Assembly: GCF_016592615.1 (NCBI RefSeq)
Contig: NZ_AP013043.1
Location: 480,001-512,000 of the forward strand
Source of the DNA: Isorropodon fossajaponicum endosymbiont JTNG4
Lineage (GTDB): Bacteria; Pseudomonadota; Gammaproteobacteria; PS1; Pseudothioglobaceae
Direction of reading: 5' to 3'
DNA length: 32,000 nucleotides
Shown here: one piece after another, positions 17,405-27,052 of the stretch
Layout of the letters: each line of letters starts with the position of its first letter
How positions within the stretch are numbered: position 1 is the stretch's first letter
Translations under genes and position numbers: made by a program
The notes under the pieces: model-generated
The model's input: the letters and a program-made list of their open reading frames with translations, nothing else
The model's database searches: none
Told to the model about the DNA's origin: nothing

Positions 17405-18781
17405 ATGGGGCAGATAATGCCTTCATCATTTTACTTATCTGCTGCTCATAAATCCTCAGGCAAAACTGTTGTTAGTTTGGGATTGTGTGCTGCATTTAAA
17501 CAACAATCTTTAAAGGTTCAAGCCTTTAAAAAAGGGCCTGATTATATTGACCCTATTTGGCTTACTCAAGCCAGTGGCAACCCTTGCTATAATCTAGATT
17601 TTTACAACATGACTGATGATGAAATCATTCAATTGTATAACAATCAAAGTGTCAATAGTGACCTTGCTATTATTGAAGGCAATAAAGGTTTGTTTGATGG
17701 CATGAGTGTTACTGGTGGTGATGCCAACGCTGATCTTGCTAAATTGTTAAATATTCCTGTGGTATTAGTGATTGACAGTACAGGTATTACTCGTGGCGTT
17801 GCACCCCTACTTAGTGGCTATCAGGCGTTTGATAAAAATATAGATATTGCTGGGGTTATCCTTAATAAAGTAGCTAGTGAGCGTCATCAGTCAAAATTGA
17901 TTCAAGCCATTGAATATTACACTGATATTCCTGTGTTAGGCTGTGTGCGTCGCTCTAAAGCACTGGTGATTGATGAGCGTCATTTGGGTTTAATGCCTGC
18001 CAATGAAACGCCACAATCGCAAACTTTTATCAAAAAAGTTGCCAGTATTATTGCTGATCAAGTTGACCTTAATGCATTAAAGAATCTGAATTATATTAAG
18101 CTCAATAAGCAAATTATTAACACTAATATAATTAAGGAAGAAATCACAGTTGCTATTGCTAAAGATAGCGCATTTGGTTTTTATTACCAAGATGATTTGG
18201 ATAAATTTGAGTCGTTAGGTGTTGGTATAAAATATTTTGACACGCTTAAAGATAATAATTTGCCAGTATGTGATGGGTTATTTATCGGTGGCGGTTTTCC
18301 AGAAATGCAACTTAAAGCGTTAAATACTAATCAACACTTACTAGAAGATATTAAAACCAAAATAGAGCAAAGCCTGCCAACGTACGTGGAATGTGGTGGC
18401 TTGATGTATTTAACCAACAGTATTACCTATAATAAACAAACCTATCCAATGGTAGGTGTGATTGATGCAGATACGCACATGACATCCAAACCTGTTGGCA
18501 GGGGTTATGTTGAGTTGGCACCAACCGATGAGCATTGCTGGTCTGGCGTGTCTAAGCGTATTTATGCGCACGAGTTTCACTATTCAAAGCTTAAAAATCT
18601 TAATACCAATACACGCTATGCTTTTAAGGTTTTGCGCGGCGTGGGTGTGGATAATAAATTCGATGGCATTATTAAGCACAACCTTTTAGCTTCGTATACA
18701 CACTTACGCAATGTGGCAGGTAATACGTGGGTTGTGCAATTTGTTAACTTTATAAGTAAGATTAAAAAGCAAAAACCATGA
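17405..18781 (+). CDS. dsrN: DsrN, CobB-like glutamine amidotransferase (sirohaem amidase)
   Basis: 458 aa. N-terminal ATP-binding SAAHKSSGKT. GATase part GGGFPE...ECGGLMYL. The start is ambiguous between 17405 and 17417. Confidence 0.85.
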   Translation: MGQIMPSSFYLSAAHKSSGKTVVSLGLCAAFKQQSLKVQAFKKGPDYIDPIWLTQASGNPCYNLDFYNMTDDEIIQLYNNQSVNSDLAIIEGNKGLFDGMSVTGGDANADLAKLLNIPVVLVIDSTGITRGVAPLLSGYQAFDKNIDIAGVILNKVASERHQSKLIQAIEYYTDIPVLGCVRRSKALVIDERHLGLMPANETPQSQTFIKKVASIIADQVDLNALKNLNYIKLNKQIINTNIIKEEITVAIAKDSAFGFYYQDDLDKFESLGVGIKYFDTLKDNNLPVCDGLFIGGGFPEMQLKALNTNQHLLEDIKTKIEQSLPTYVECGGLMYLTNSITYNKQTYPMVGVIDADTHMTSKPVGRGYVELAPTDEHCWSGVSKRIYAHEFHYSKLKNLNTNTRYAFKVLRGVGVDNKFDGIIKHNLLASYTHLRNVAGNTWVVQFVNFISKIKKQKP

Positions 18782-19119
18782 TTACAATTACAAAAAAAGC
18801 AGCGGATGAAATTATTTTATCAACCCATAATCCAGAAACACAAGGGCTGTTTATTCGCTTTGCTGTTGATAAAACTGATGAGGGTTTCCAATATTTAATG
18901 GGTTTTGATGATCGCAATGACAGCGATATTCATCTTGAGTCTAATAGCATTGAGTACATTCTTGCTTATGAGCAAAAAGCACTACTTGAAGGCATGGTGG
19001 TGGATTTTGACCAAATAGACAAAGACAGCGATTATCACTTTGTGTTTATGAATCCAAACGATCCAAACTACGAGCCACCAAAAGAGGAGTATGCACCTAA
19101 TAAATCAAATAAAAAATAG
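18778..19119 (+). CDS. dsrR: DsrR, IscA/HesB-like protein lacking the FeS-ligand cysteines
   Basis: The ATG overlaps the dsrN stop (ATGA). It has an IscA-like N-terminus (MITITKKAADEI) and no Cys anywhere, as expected for DsrR. Its position after dsrN supports the call. Confidence 0.72.
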   Translation: MITITKKAADEIILSTHNPETQGLFIRFAVDKTDEGFQYLMGFDDRNDSDIHLESNSIEYILAYEQKALLEGMVVDFDQIDKDSDYHFVFMNPNDPNYEPPKEEYAPNKSNKK

Positions 19120-19131
19120 ATTGCCAAAGCT

Positions 19132-20343
19132 TTATTTGTAATAATCTAGGATACCTTGATAAATTGCATTGGCAATCTTATCTTGTTCTTTTGAATTGTT
19201 AAGTCGTTTCTCCTCTTCAGGATTAGAAATAAATGCAGTTTCAACTAATACAGAAGGAATTAAAGGTGTTTTTAAGACAACAAAGTTTGCCTTTTGCGGT
19301 GTCTTTTTATGTAGATGACCAATTCTACTCATGTACTTGAGAATTTTAAACCCTAGTTTTTGGCTTTGAATGTCTCGGTCTTTTCTAGAAAAACCCCATA
19401 AAATTTTATTTAAGTATTGATCTTCTTTAATTAACGCCTCCTTAATAATGCCAAATTGGTCAACTGTGTTTTGTGATTTTTCTAAATCTCTAGCAAATTT
19501 GGTTGAACCGCCACGCTCTGACAAGGTATAAACTGAAGCGCCTCTAGCGCCTGTACGTTTGACTGAATCAGCGTGAATTGAAATAAATAGCGAAGCGTGA
19601 CTGGCTTGGGCAATACGAATGCGCTTAGTCAAACCAACATAATAATCCCCTCGCCTAGTAAGGATGGCTTTCATGCCTCGGGTTCGGTTGATTTCTTTTG
19701 CCAATTTTTTAGCAATTTTCAAGGTAATGTGTTTTTCTTTTGAATGCCGATAACCCACTGCACCTGAGTCTTCGCCACCATGACCTGCATCAATTAGAAT
19801 GATTTTTGTTATATTTTTAACCTTACTTGGTTGTTTGATTGCCTGTTTATTAGACTTTGTACGTGGTTTAATCGTTGCGGGTTTTTTATCCATTAAATCC
19901 ACAACCAAACGATGGTGTCGATATCGATTATTTGGCTTTAAGGTATAACTTTTAATGTGATAATTTTTAGCAGTTTTGAACGTAAATATCAATGTGTTTT
20001 TGTCACGTTTAATGCGTGTTTTTCTAATGCGTTGATCTTGATAAAAGAGCTTTTTATAAGTTCGATTAAGTAATTTTGCATTCTTAATTTTTAAAACAAC
20101 TTGATTTTTCTGTCCATTAATCGAAAATCTAACGTTTGGCTCAATATCAATAACAATTCTGGTTCGCTCAGGCGATGTCCAAAAACGAAAGTCAAATAAC
20201 GTGGTTTTATTGTCTGCATAAACATTGCCTAATAATAAAGAGAATAAGACGAATAAATGCATCTTTCCAATAAACAAAGAAGGTTTTGTTTGCTTATTAA
20301 ATTGAGAGAGCCTGTATTTGAGATTTTTTATTAATTGATACAT
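19132..20343 (-). CDS. amiB: N-acetylmuramoyl-L-alanine amidase with N-terminal AMIN domain
   Basis: Amidase_3 motifs IDAGHGGEDSGAVG, SIHAD, ETAFISNPEE. The tsaE-amidase order matches the E. coli yjeE-amiB arrangement. A hydrophobic signal-like segment starts at Met28, so the start could be 20262. Confidence 0.8.
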   Translation of the reverse strand: MYQLIKNLKYRLSQFNKQTKPSLFIGKMHLFVLFSLLLGNVYADNKTTLFDFRFWTSPERTRIVIDIEPNVRFSINGQKNQVVLKIKNAKLLNRTYKKLFYQDQRIRKTRIKRDKNTLIFTFKTAKNYHIKSYTLKPNNRYRHHRLVVDLMDKKPATIKPRTKSNKQAIKQPSKVKNITKIILIDAGHGGEDSGAVGYRHSKEKHITLKIAKKLAKEINRTRGMKAILTRRGDYYVGLTKRIRIAQASHASLFISIHADSVKRTGARGASVYTLSERGGSTKFARDLEKSQNTVDQFGIIKEALIKEDQYLNKILWGFSRKDRDIQSQKLGFKILKYMSRIGHLHKKTPQKANFVVLKTPLIPSVLVETAFISNPEEEKRLNNSKEQDKIANAIYQGILDYYK

Positions 20344-20798
20344 GTGAGTAGCTGACTTCCAACTTGTGTATGTGTGGTAATGTCTAGTTCACGCTTATCA
20401 AAATCATCAGTAATTTTAATGATCATATCTGCTGGCGCAATCATGCCTTTGCCTAACTCTGCCCATTCAATCAGTTGAATGTGACCGGGTACTAAATATT
20501 CGCGAATACCAATATATTCCAGCTCTTGTGCATCGCTTAATCGATAACAGTCAAAGTGGTGGATGTTGACTTTATCATTAACATAACTTTCTACCAGAGA
20601 GTAGGTAGGGCTTTTAACTCGCTCAAACCCATAAAACTGAATAAATCCTCTAGCTAGAGTGGTTTTTCCAACCCCTAAATCACCTTCTAAATAAATAACT
20701 ATGCAATTATCAACCAACTGAGCGCACTGAGCTAATTGATGTGCAAAATCATAAGTCTCAGACTCGCCGTGAAGGGTTAATTTCAAAATAATTGCCAC
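20331..20798 (-). CDS. tsaE: tRNA t6A37 biosynthesis ATPase TsaE (YjeE)
   Basis: 155 aa with P-loop GDLGVGKTTLARG and SPTYSLV, HFDCYRL motifs. Confidence 0.88.
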   Translation of the reverse strand: MAIILKLTLHGESETYDFAHQLAQCAQLVDNCIVIYLEGDLGVGKTTLARGFIQFYGFERVKSPTYSLVESYVNDKVNIHHFDCYRLSDAQELEYIGIREYLVPGHIQLIEWAELGKGMIAPADMIIKITDDFDKRELDITTHTQVGSQLLTCIN

Positions 20799-21736
20799 AT
20801 GTAAAGACCAAACACCCCAATAAGGACAAACCCTCCAAAACGATTAATAATGTGTTTTTTGTTAAATTTATAAGAGACAACAAGTAATAATATAGTCAAT
20901 AATAACATGACTGGGTAGTCTCTATTAATAACTTCTACTGGCACATCTGACGGATGAATTAACCCTGGTATGGCCAATACTACAATGGTATTAAATAAAT
21001 TAGAACCGATGACATTGCCTACCACCATTGCATATTGTTTTTTCAAAACACTTGTGATTGATACTGCTAGTTCTGGCAAGCTGGTACCTAGTGCCACCAC
21101 GCTAAGCCCAATAATTAAATCTGAAACACCAAATATTTTAGCCACTTCCACCCCGCCCCAAACCACAAGCTTCGCGCTAGAGACCAAAACCACCAAACCC
21201 ACAATCAACATTACCCAAGTTTTTTTAACCTGAGTTTTACTCACATTGTGTTCAAATTCATCAAATTCATGATGTGTTTTATTTTTTGCTTGCCTAAAGG
21301 TGTAAGCAAAAAATAAAACCAATAAAGACAATAAAATCATGCCATCTGTAAAACCAAGACGGTAATCCCATAATAATAGCCCCGCACAAAGTGTGGCAAT
21401 CATTAAAAATAGCCATTCTTTTTTTAAAATATCCCCGTGTACTTCAATTGGGCTAATAATTGCACTAATGCCTAATACTAGGGCAATATTGAAAATATTA
21501 GAACCAATGGCATTGCCAATACTAAGCCCTGTATTGCCCTCTATAGCAGCAAGTGCTGACACTAACATTTCAGGTACACTGGTGCCAAATCCGAAGATAA
21601 TTAATCCAATAATGAGTGGCGATATCTTAAAGATATTGGCAATTTTTGCCCCATTTTCAGTGAATTCATCTGCACTCCAAATTAAAAGTACAAATCCTGA
21701 TAATAAGGCAATAATTGGTAGTAGAATATCCGGCAT
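20783..21736 (-). CDS. yrbG: CaCA-family Na+/Ca2+ antiporter (YrbG-like)
   Basis: 317 aa and polytopic. The duplicated alpha-repeat motifs GTSVPE / GSNIFN and GTSLPE / GSNLFN are present. Confidence 0.85.
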   Translation of the reverse strand: MPDILLPIIALLSGFVLLIWSADEFTENGAKIANIFKISPLIIGLIIFGFGTSVPEMLVSALAAIEGNTGLSIGNAIGSNIFNIALVLGISAIISPIEVHGDILKKEWLFLMIATLCAGLLLWDYRLGFTDGMILLSLLVLFFAYTFRQAKNKTHHEFDEFEHNVSKTQVKKTWVMLIVGLVVLVSSAKLVVWGGVEVAKIFGVSDLIIGLSVVALGTSLPELAVSITSVLKKQYAMVVGNVIGSNLFNTIVVLAIPGLIHPSDVPVEVINRDYPVMLLLTILLLVVSYKFNKKHIINRFGGFVLIGVFGLYMWQLF

Positions 21737-21796
21737 AATTAATAAAGAGATCTTTGTATAAAACTTTCACTTATTATAAAAGACATATAAACCCAA

Positions 21797-22390
21797 ATGA
21801 ACAAAACAGAATTCTTAATTGGTCGTAGTGGCTTAGATTTACTTGATGATTTTTACCCTGATGATTTGCCTAATGAATGGCGTTTTGATTATTACTCAAC
21901 CTTATTCAAAGCTTTGGCTTTAAAAATTGATACTGAAGAAGATCTTGAGCAAATATTTACAGAGTTAGAAGATTCCGATGAAGTGTTTGAATTAGTTATA
22001 TCTATTGAACAGGCGCAGTTATTAGATGCGGCTCAATTGGCATCAAAGCTTAAACCAATTTATCAATATCGGTCTCAATTTAACTTATTTTTTGAACTTG
22101 ATGAACAACCAAGTGATAAAGTAATGTCGATATTAAGTGATTACCAAGTATGTCTCCAGTCTAATAAAAAACTAAAACTTGATTTAAATACTAAGTTAAT
22201 CGCAAATAAACATTTGTATTTTAATCAATTACCTATTCTTTACACTTCTAACGTTTGGGATGAAAAGCAAATTCGGGATTTTTTACAAGACATATCGCTT
22301 ATTAACACCAAAACTGTACTTATTTGCAAACATGCAGAAAGTGAAACGTTGAATAAAATACGAATTATTGCCGAAATACTAGGGTTTTAG
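21797..22390 (+). CDS. Hypothetical protein, possibly a distant DUF72/UPF0759-like N-terminus
   Basis: 197 aa. LIGRSGLDLLDDFYPDDLPNEWRFDYYSTLF loosely parallels the DUF72 pattern IGTSGW...FYP..L....L.YYA..F. The remainder is unrecognised. Its stop abuts the hemD start. Confidence 0.55.
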   Translation: MNKTEFLIGRSGLDLLDDFYPDDLPNEWRFDYYSTLFKALALKIDTEEDLEQIFTELEDSDEVFELVISIEQAQLLDAAQLASKLKPIYQYRSQFNLFFELDEQPSDKVMSILSDYQVCLQSNKKLKLDLNTKLIANKHLYFNQLPILYTSNVWDEKQIRDFLQDISLINTKTVLICKHAESETLNKIRIIAEILGF

Positions 22391-23140
22391 TTGGTGAATG
22401 TATTACTAACTAGACCACTTTTACAAGTAAAAGAACTACAATCTATGGTGCTTAAAAGTGGCAATAAGCCACTTTTGTTTCCAACGTTAAAGCTTAATCC
22501 TATTGATGCCAAAGCAGAAAAAAGTCATTATGATGTGGTTATTTTTATTAGTACCAATGCTGTTGAACACGGCTTAAAAATTCTTAAAACAATGAGTTAT
22601 CATCAGATTTTTGCAGTGGGTAGTACTACCGCCAGAAAATTAAGCGAGAATGACACAAGGATTGACGACTTTCCTAGAGAAAATGCTTCCAGTGAAACGC
22701 TTTTAGCGCTTGATAGTGTGAAGTACTTGCATCATAAAACGATTTTAATTTTTAGAGGTAGAGGCGGTAGAGAAACCTTAAAGCAAGGCCTAATTAAGCA
22801 AGATAATCAAGTTGAATACGTTGAAGTGTATGAGCGTGTGAGTCATGATATTAACGCTCTACATCGTCAATCACTTGATGAACTGTTATCAAGCAATGAA
22901 GGTATTATTAACATTACCAGCATAGACAGCATGAAATCACTAGTAGAAATATCCAGCCAAATTCTTGATATTAGTAAGCTTAAAAAATATTTATTAGTGG
23001 TTTTAAGTGACAGAATAAAAACTTATGTTAATTCAATCGGGTTTGATAAAGTATTGGTCACGCCGAATACTAATGATAATGGTATTATTTCAGTATTAAC
23101 AAATCTTAATACACTTGACAAACCAGTAAAACCTAGTTAA
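22391..23140 (+). CDS. hemD: Uroporphyrinogen-III synthase
   Basis: 249 aa in the HemD family pattern (LLTRP..., FPTL..., VIFISTNAV, repeated half-domains). It starts at TTG 22391 or GTG 22394, immediately after the upstream stop. Confidence 0.75.
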   Translation: MVNVLLTRPLLQVKELQSMVLKSGNKPLLFPTLKLNPIDAKAEKSHYDVVIFISTNAVEHGLKILKTMSYHQIFAVGSTTARKLSENDTRIDDFPRENASSETLLALDSVKYLHHKTILIFRGRGGRETLKQGLIKQDNQVEYVEVYERVSHDINALHRQSLDELLSSNEGIINITSIDSMKSLVEISSQILDISKLKKYLLVVLSDRIKTYVNSIGFDKVLVTPNTNDNGIISVLTNLNTLDKPVKPS

Positions 23141-23176
23141 TTTATCAGCTATCTTTGATGGCTTTTGGAGGATGAT

Positions 23177-23620
23177 GTGATTAAATTAAGCGTTTCACAA
23201 GCAGCACGTAAACTTGGGGTGAGTCGCACTCAAATTCAAGCACAAATCAATTCGGGCAAGCTGCAAACCCATGAGGGCTACGTAACAACGGATAGTATTA
23301 GGTTGGCCTATCCTAAAATAAGCTTGCATTCAGAGCAAGATAAACACATACAAAAAATGCAACAAATCAAAGCTGATGCTATGTTTAAAGCTGGTGCGGT
23401 CGATACTGCCAAACAAGAAAATGAACAAATGTTAATCAGCATCATCACCTCGCTCAAATCTAAGCTTTATAAAGAAGGGCTAAGGAATGAGCATTATGTG
23501 ATGGTATTTGAAGAACTAGGTAGTCGCTTAGATATGCTTGAGAAGTGCTGCCATGCTCAAGACAAAGAACCCTTACATAAACTTCAGTATTGGGTTAAAA
23601 ACCAATCTAATTTAAATTAG
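23177..23620 (+). CDS. Small HTH (MerR/excisionase-type) protein with coiled-coil tail
   Basis: GTG 23177 lies 5 nt after GGAGG (the ORF track begins at TTG 23165). LSVSQAARKLGVSRTQIQAQINSGKL is a typical HTH_17-like helix-turn-helix. The C-terminal half is heptad-like and contains a CC pair. Confidence 0.6.
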   Translation: MIKLSVSQAARKLGVSRTQIQAQINSGKLQTHEGYVTTDSIRLAYPKISLHSEQDKHIQKMQQIKADAMFKAGAVDTAKQENEQMLISIITSLKSKLYKEGLRNEHYVMVFEELGSRLDMLEKCCHAQDKEPLHKLQYWVKNQSNLN

Positions 23621-23640
23621 AAAAATGTTATGCTGTGTAA

Positions 23641-24462
23641 CTATATTATACTTTTTGCAAGTTTAAGAGAGGGATTTGCACGATTCATTGAGTAAAAGTG
23701 AAAACTATCTACACCTTGGCTTTTGAGTGTTTGACATAAATTAGCAACCACATCAAAACCAAAACCACTAAGTGATTCTAGGTCATTTTCATATAGTTTG
23801 AGGCGCTCTAAAATCCACTTTGGAATTTGCGCACCACACATATTAGAAAAGTTAAGCAGTTGAGTGTAGTTAGTAATTGGCATAATGCCTGGTGTAATTG
23901 GGATATCTATGCCTAATTTTTGCACATCGTCTTTAAACCTGAAATAGGCATCAGCATTATAGAAGTATTGTGTAATTGCGCCATTAGCGCCCGCTTTAAT
24001 CTTGTTAACAAAGTGTGATAAATCACTTGCAATATTTTTGGCTTGTGGGTGCATTTCAGGATAAGCTGCTACCTCAATATGGAAGTGGTCATTATATTCA
24101 GATCGGATAAATTCAACCAATTCATTGGCATAATGAAAATCGCCAATATCACGCACACCTGAAGGAATATCACCCCTTAGTGCAATAATACGATTGATAT
24201 TTGCAGATTTGTATTTATCCAATAATTCAACAATGTTAGACTTTTCTGAGCCAATACAAGATAGATGTGGCGCAGCTGGAATATTGTCATTTTTTTGAAT
24301 GTCTAACACCGCTTCTAGGGTTACATCTTGTGTTGTACCGCCTGCACCAAAAGTGGTTGAAAAATATTCAGGCGATACCACACTTAAACTTTGCCTAACT
24401 TGGATTAGTTTTTCTTTACCTTGGTTTGTTCTAGGTGGGAAAAACTCAAAACTGATTTTCAT
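23641..24462 (-). CDS. metF: 5,10-methylenetetrahydrofolate reductase
   Basis: 273 aa in the MetF family (SFEFFPPRT, TFGAGG, HLSC, ALRGD). Confidence 0.9.
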   Translation of the reverse strand: MKISFEFFPPRTNQGKEKLIQVRQSLSVVSPEYFSTTFGAGGTTQDVTLEAVLDIQKNDNIPAAPHLSCIGSEKSNIVELLDKYKSANINRIIALRGDIPSGVRDIGDFHYANELVEFIRSEYNDHFHIEVAAYPEMHPQAKNIASDLSHFVNKIKAGANGAITQYFYNADAYFRFKDDVQKLGIDIPITPGIMPITNYTQLLNFSNMCGAQIPKWILERLKLYENDLESLSGFGFDVVANLCQTLKSQGVDSFHFYSMNRANPSLKLAKSII

Positions 24463-24566
24463 TAATGTAATACATCCATAATAAAAGCGCCCTTATTATA
24501 ACTGATTCAGTTAAGATTGAAGCGTTTCCAATTTCTATAGAGGCTAGATTTTGGATTTATGATTTT

Positions 24567-24595
24567 TTAACTATCCTCTAACAATCGGGTAAAAT
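24567..24595 (+). promoter_or_regulatory. Candidate promoter of infA
   Basis: TTAACT (24567-24572), a 17-nt spacer, then TAAAAT (24590-24595), 36 nt upstream of the infA ATG. This is a sequence match only. Confidence 0.3.
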
Positions 24596-24631
24596 AGACG
24601 AATTTATTTAGTTGGAAATTTATAGCGATTT

Positions 24632-24850
24632 ATGTCAAAAAGTGATTATATTGAGTTAGAAGGCGTTGTTAAAGAAAAATTACCGAATACGACTTTTATG
24701 GTTGAATTAGAAAATGGTCATCGTATTTTAGCGCATATTTCCGGTAAAATTCGCAAGCATTATATTCGCATTCTTCCAGGTGATAGAGTGACCGTTGAGA
24801 TGACACCTTATGATTTAACTAAAGGAAGGATTACTTTTAGACACAAATAA
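24632..24850 (+). CDS. infA: Translation initiation factor IF-1
   Basis: 72 aa, near-universal IF-1 sequence (IELEGVV.E.LPN..F.VELENGH...AHISGK.RK..IRILPGD.V.VE..PYDL.KGRI..R). Confidence 0.97.
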   Translation: MSKSDYIELEGVVKEKLPNTTFMVELENGHRILAHISGKIRKHYIRILPGDRVTVEMTPYDLTKGRITFRHK

Positions 24851-24857
24851 AAATATT

Positions 24858-24942
24858 GCCGATGTGGTGGAATTGGTAGACGCGCCGGATTCAAAATCCG
24901 GTTCCTTCGGGAGTGACGGTTCGATCCCGTCCATCGGTACCA
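24858..24942 (+). tRNA. tRNA-Leu (anticodon CAA), type II with long variable arm and encoded CCA
   Basis: GCCGATG...GGATTCAAAATCC...long variable arm...GGTTCGATCCCGTCCATCGGTACCA is collinear with E. coli tRNA-Leu(CAA). The acceptor stem pair 1-72 is G-U. Confidence 0.9.
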
Positions 24943-24965
24943 AATTAATAAAAAAAAATCATAAT

Positions 24966-25199
24966 ATGGAACAAACAGATTTTATAGCTCAAGCACTTAA
25001 TTTAACCTTGTTTGGTATGGGGTTCGTATTCTTGTTTTTAACCTTGTTGGTTGGCGTTACTAAACTAATGTCTATAATTATTCAAAAACTTCAAAGTAAA
25101 GTTTATAATCAGCAGGATTTTAACAATAGTTCTGAACTTAAAGATGAGGAGACCAAATTTGTTATTGAACAAGCAATCAAAATGCATAGGGGAACATAA
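24966..25199 (+). CDS. oadG: Oxaloacetate decarboxylase gamma subunit
   Basis: 77 aa starting at [29 protein letters not shown], a single N-terminal TM helix typical of OadG. It lies directly upstream of oadA and oadB. The longer track ORF from 24864 reads through the tRNA. Confidence 0.7.
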   Translation: MEQTDFIAQALNLTLFGMGFVFLFLTLLVGVTKLMSIIIQKLQSKVYNQQDFNNSSELKDEETKFVIEQAIKMHRGT

Positions 25200-25204
25200 A
25201 GATT

Positions 25205-27037
25205 ATGCTAGATTTTTTAAAAAAATTAACTAAAAAACCTGATAGTACGCAAGGCAAAAAGGTAGAAATTACTGAACTTGTTTTTAGAGACGCACATCAA
25301 TCTTTATTTGCAACACGTATGCGTATTGATGATATGCTACCAATTGCAGACAAATTAGACAAAATTGGCTATTGGTCAATAGAATCATGGGGTGGGGCGA
25401 CTTTTGATTCGTGCATTCGTTATTTAGGGGAAGATCCTTGGGATAGAATCCGTGAGATTAAAAAAGTAATGCCTAACACACCTCAGCAAATGCTGCTTAG
25501 AGGTCAAAATTTGTTAGGCTATCGTCATTATAGTGATGACGTAGTACGTAAATTTGTAGATCAAAGTGCTGAAAATGGCGTGAGTGTGTTTCGGATTTTT
25601 GATGCGATGAATGATATTCGCAATCTTAAAACTGCAACAGACCAAACCATTAAATTAGGCATGCATGCTCAAGGTACTATCTCTTATACAGTCAGCCCAG
25701 TACACAATACTCAAACTTGGCTAGATATGGCTAGAGAAATTGAAGACATGGGTGCACATTCTCTTTGTATTAAAGATATGGCAGGTTTGTTGCAGCCGTA
25801 TGTAGCCTATGATTTGGTTAAAGCATTAAAGGCAGTTGTTGATATTCCCATTCAATTACATGCTCACGCAACAACTGGATTATCCACTGCTACCATTATT
25901 AAAGCTGTTGAAGCTGGTATTGATCGTGTTGATACTGCCATTGGCTCTATGAGTATGACCTATGGTCATAGTGCGACCAATTCTGTGGTTTCTATTTTAG
26001 AAAATAGTCCAAGAAAAACAGGACTAGATTTGAAAAAACTAGAAGAAATTGATGCCTACTTTAGGCCAGTACGTTGTAAGTATGCGCAGTTTGAAGGCTT
26101 ACTTAGAGGAGTGGATTCAAGAATTTTATTATCCCAAGTGCCAGGCGGCATGCTGACCAACATGGAAAGCCAGTTACGCGAGCAAGGTGCACTTGATAAG
26201 ATGGATGAAGTATTGGCTGAAATTCCACGTGTACGTAAGGATTTAGGCTATATCCCACTAGTAACACCAACGTCTCAAATTGTAGGTACGCAATCTGTAC
26301 TTAATGTGCTCACTGGCGAGCGCTATAAGACGATTACTAAAGAGTCTGCTGGTGTGCTTAAAGGTGAATATGGTGCAACTCCTGCACCTGTTGACCAAGC
26401 CTTGCAAGTTAAAGTTTTAGATGGTGGCAAGCCGATTACTTGCAGACCTGCTGATAATATTGCACCAGAGATGCATATTCTTGAGCAAGAGTTTGATAAA
26501 ATCGTTGTTGAGAAAGGGATTACTTTGGCTAAAGACAAGGTTGATGATTTGTTAACTTACGCATTATTTCCACAAGTAGGTATCTTATTTTTACAAAATC
26601 GAGACAATCCTGATTTCTTTGAGCCAGTGCCACAGGCAGGTGATAATTGCCAGAAACCTGACAAAGAGGAAGGGACTTATACCATTTCATTTAAAGGTAA
26701 TTCCTATACTGTTGATGTTTCAGCAGGGGGTAATATTACCTCAATGAAGGCTTCTTCTGATCAAGAAAAAGCATCAATGCCAGCAGCAGAAAAAGAAATA
26801 CTTGGTACAGCGCCAACAACAGAAGGTGAAGCTATTGGTGCGCCATTATCAGGAACTATTCGGAAAGTAATGGTTGAGGTGAATCAAAAAATTAATCAAG
26901 GCGATATTTTGGTTATTCTTGAGGCTATGAAAATGGAAACTGAAATTAAGGCCGCTAGAAGCGGTGTTGTGACCGACATTGAGATTAAGGAAGGCGATAC
27001 AGTTGATGTAGGCCAAACCTTATTAACACTCGCATAA
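25205..27037 (+). CDS. oadA: Oxaloacetate decarboxylase alpha subunit (carboxyltransferase + biotin carrier)
   Basis: 610 aa. Carboxyltransferase TIM-barrel N-terminus (FRDAHQSL) and a C-terminal biotinyl domain with EAMKMET. Confidence 0.9.
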   Translation: MLDFLKKLTKKPDSTQGKKVEITELVFRDAHQSLFATRMRIDDMLPIADKLDKIGYWSIESWGGATFDSCIRYLGEDPWDRIREIKKVMPNTPQQMLLRGQNLLGYRHYSDDVVRKFVDQSAENGVSVFRIFDAMNDIRNLKTATDQTIKLGMHAQGTISYTVSPVHNTQTWLDMAREIEDMGAHSLCIKDMAGLLQPYVAYDLVKALKAVVDIPIQLHAHATTGLSTATIIKAVEAGIDRVDTAIGSMSMTYGHSATNSVVSILENSPRKTGLDLKKLEEIDAYFRPVRCKYAQFEGLLRGVDSRILLSQVPGGMLTNMESQLREQGALDKMDEVLAEIPRVRKDLGYIPLVTPTSQIVGTQSVLNVLTGERYKTITKESAGVLKGEYGATPAPVDQALQVKVLDGGKPITCRPADNIAPEMHILEQEFDKIVVEKGITLAKDKVDDLLTYALFPQVGILFLQNRDNPDFFEPVPQAGDNCQKPDKEEGTYTISFKGNSYTVDVSAGGNITSMKASSDQEKASMPAAEKEILGTAPTTEGEAIGAPLSGTIRKVMVEVNQKINQGDILVILEAMKMETEIKAARSGVVTDIEIKEGDTVDVGQTLLTLA

Positions 27038-27052
27038 TTTGTAAATTTTGAC

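Noticed and set aside
21797-23620. Either unassigned ORF (197 aa or 147 aa) as the missing dsrS
   Set aside because: I can see no sequence basis for this. Both lie on the far side of amiB-tsaE-yrbG, and I cannot recall DsrS well enough to match by eye. It is left as a database check only.
24864-25199. 111-aa ORF in the track (MVELVDAPDSKSGSFGSDGSIPSIGTK...)
   Set aside because: Its first 34 codons are a translation of the tRNA-Leu gene itself. The real gene is oadG, starting at ATG 24966 in the same frame.
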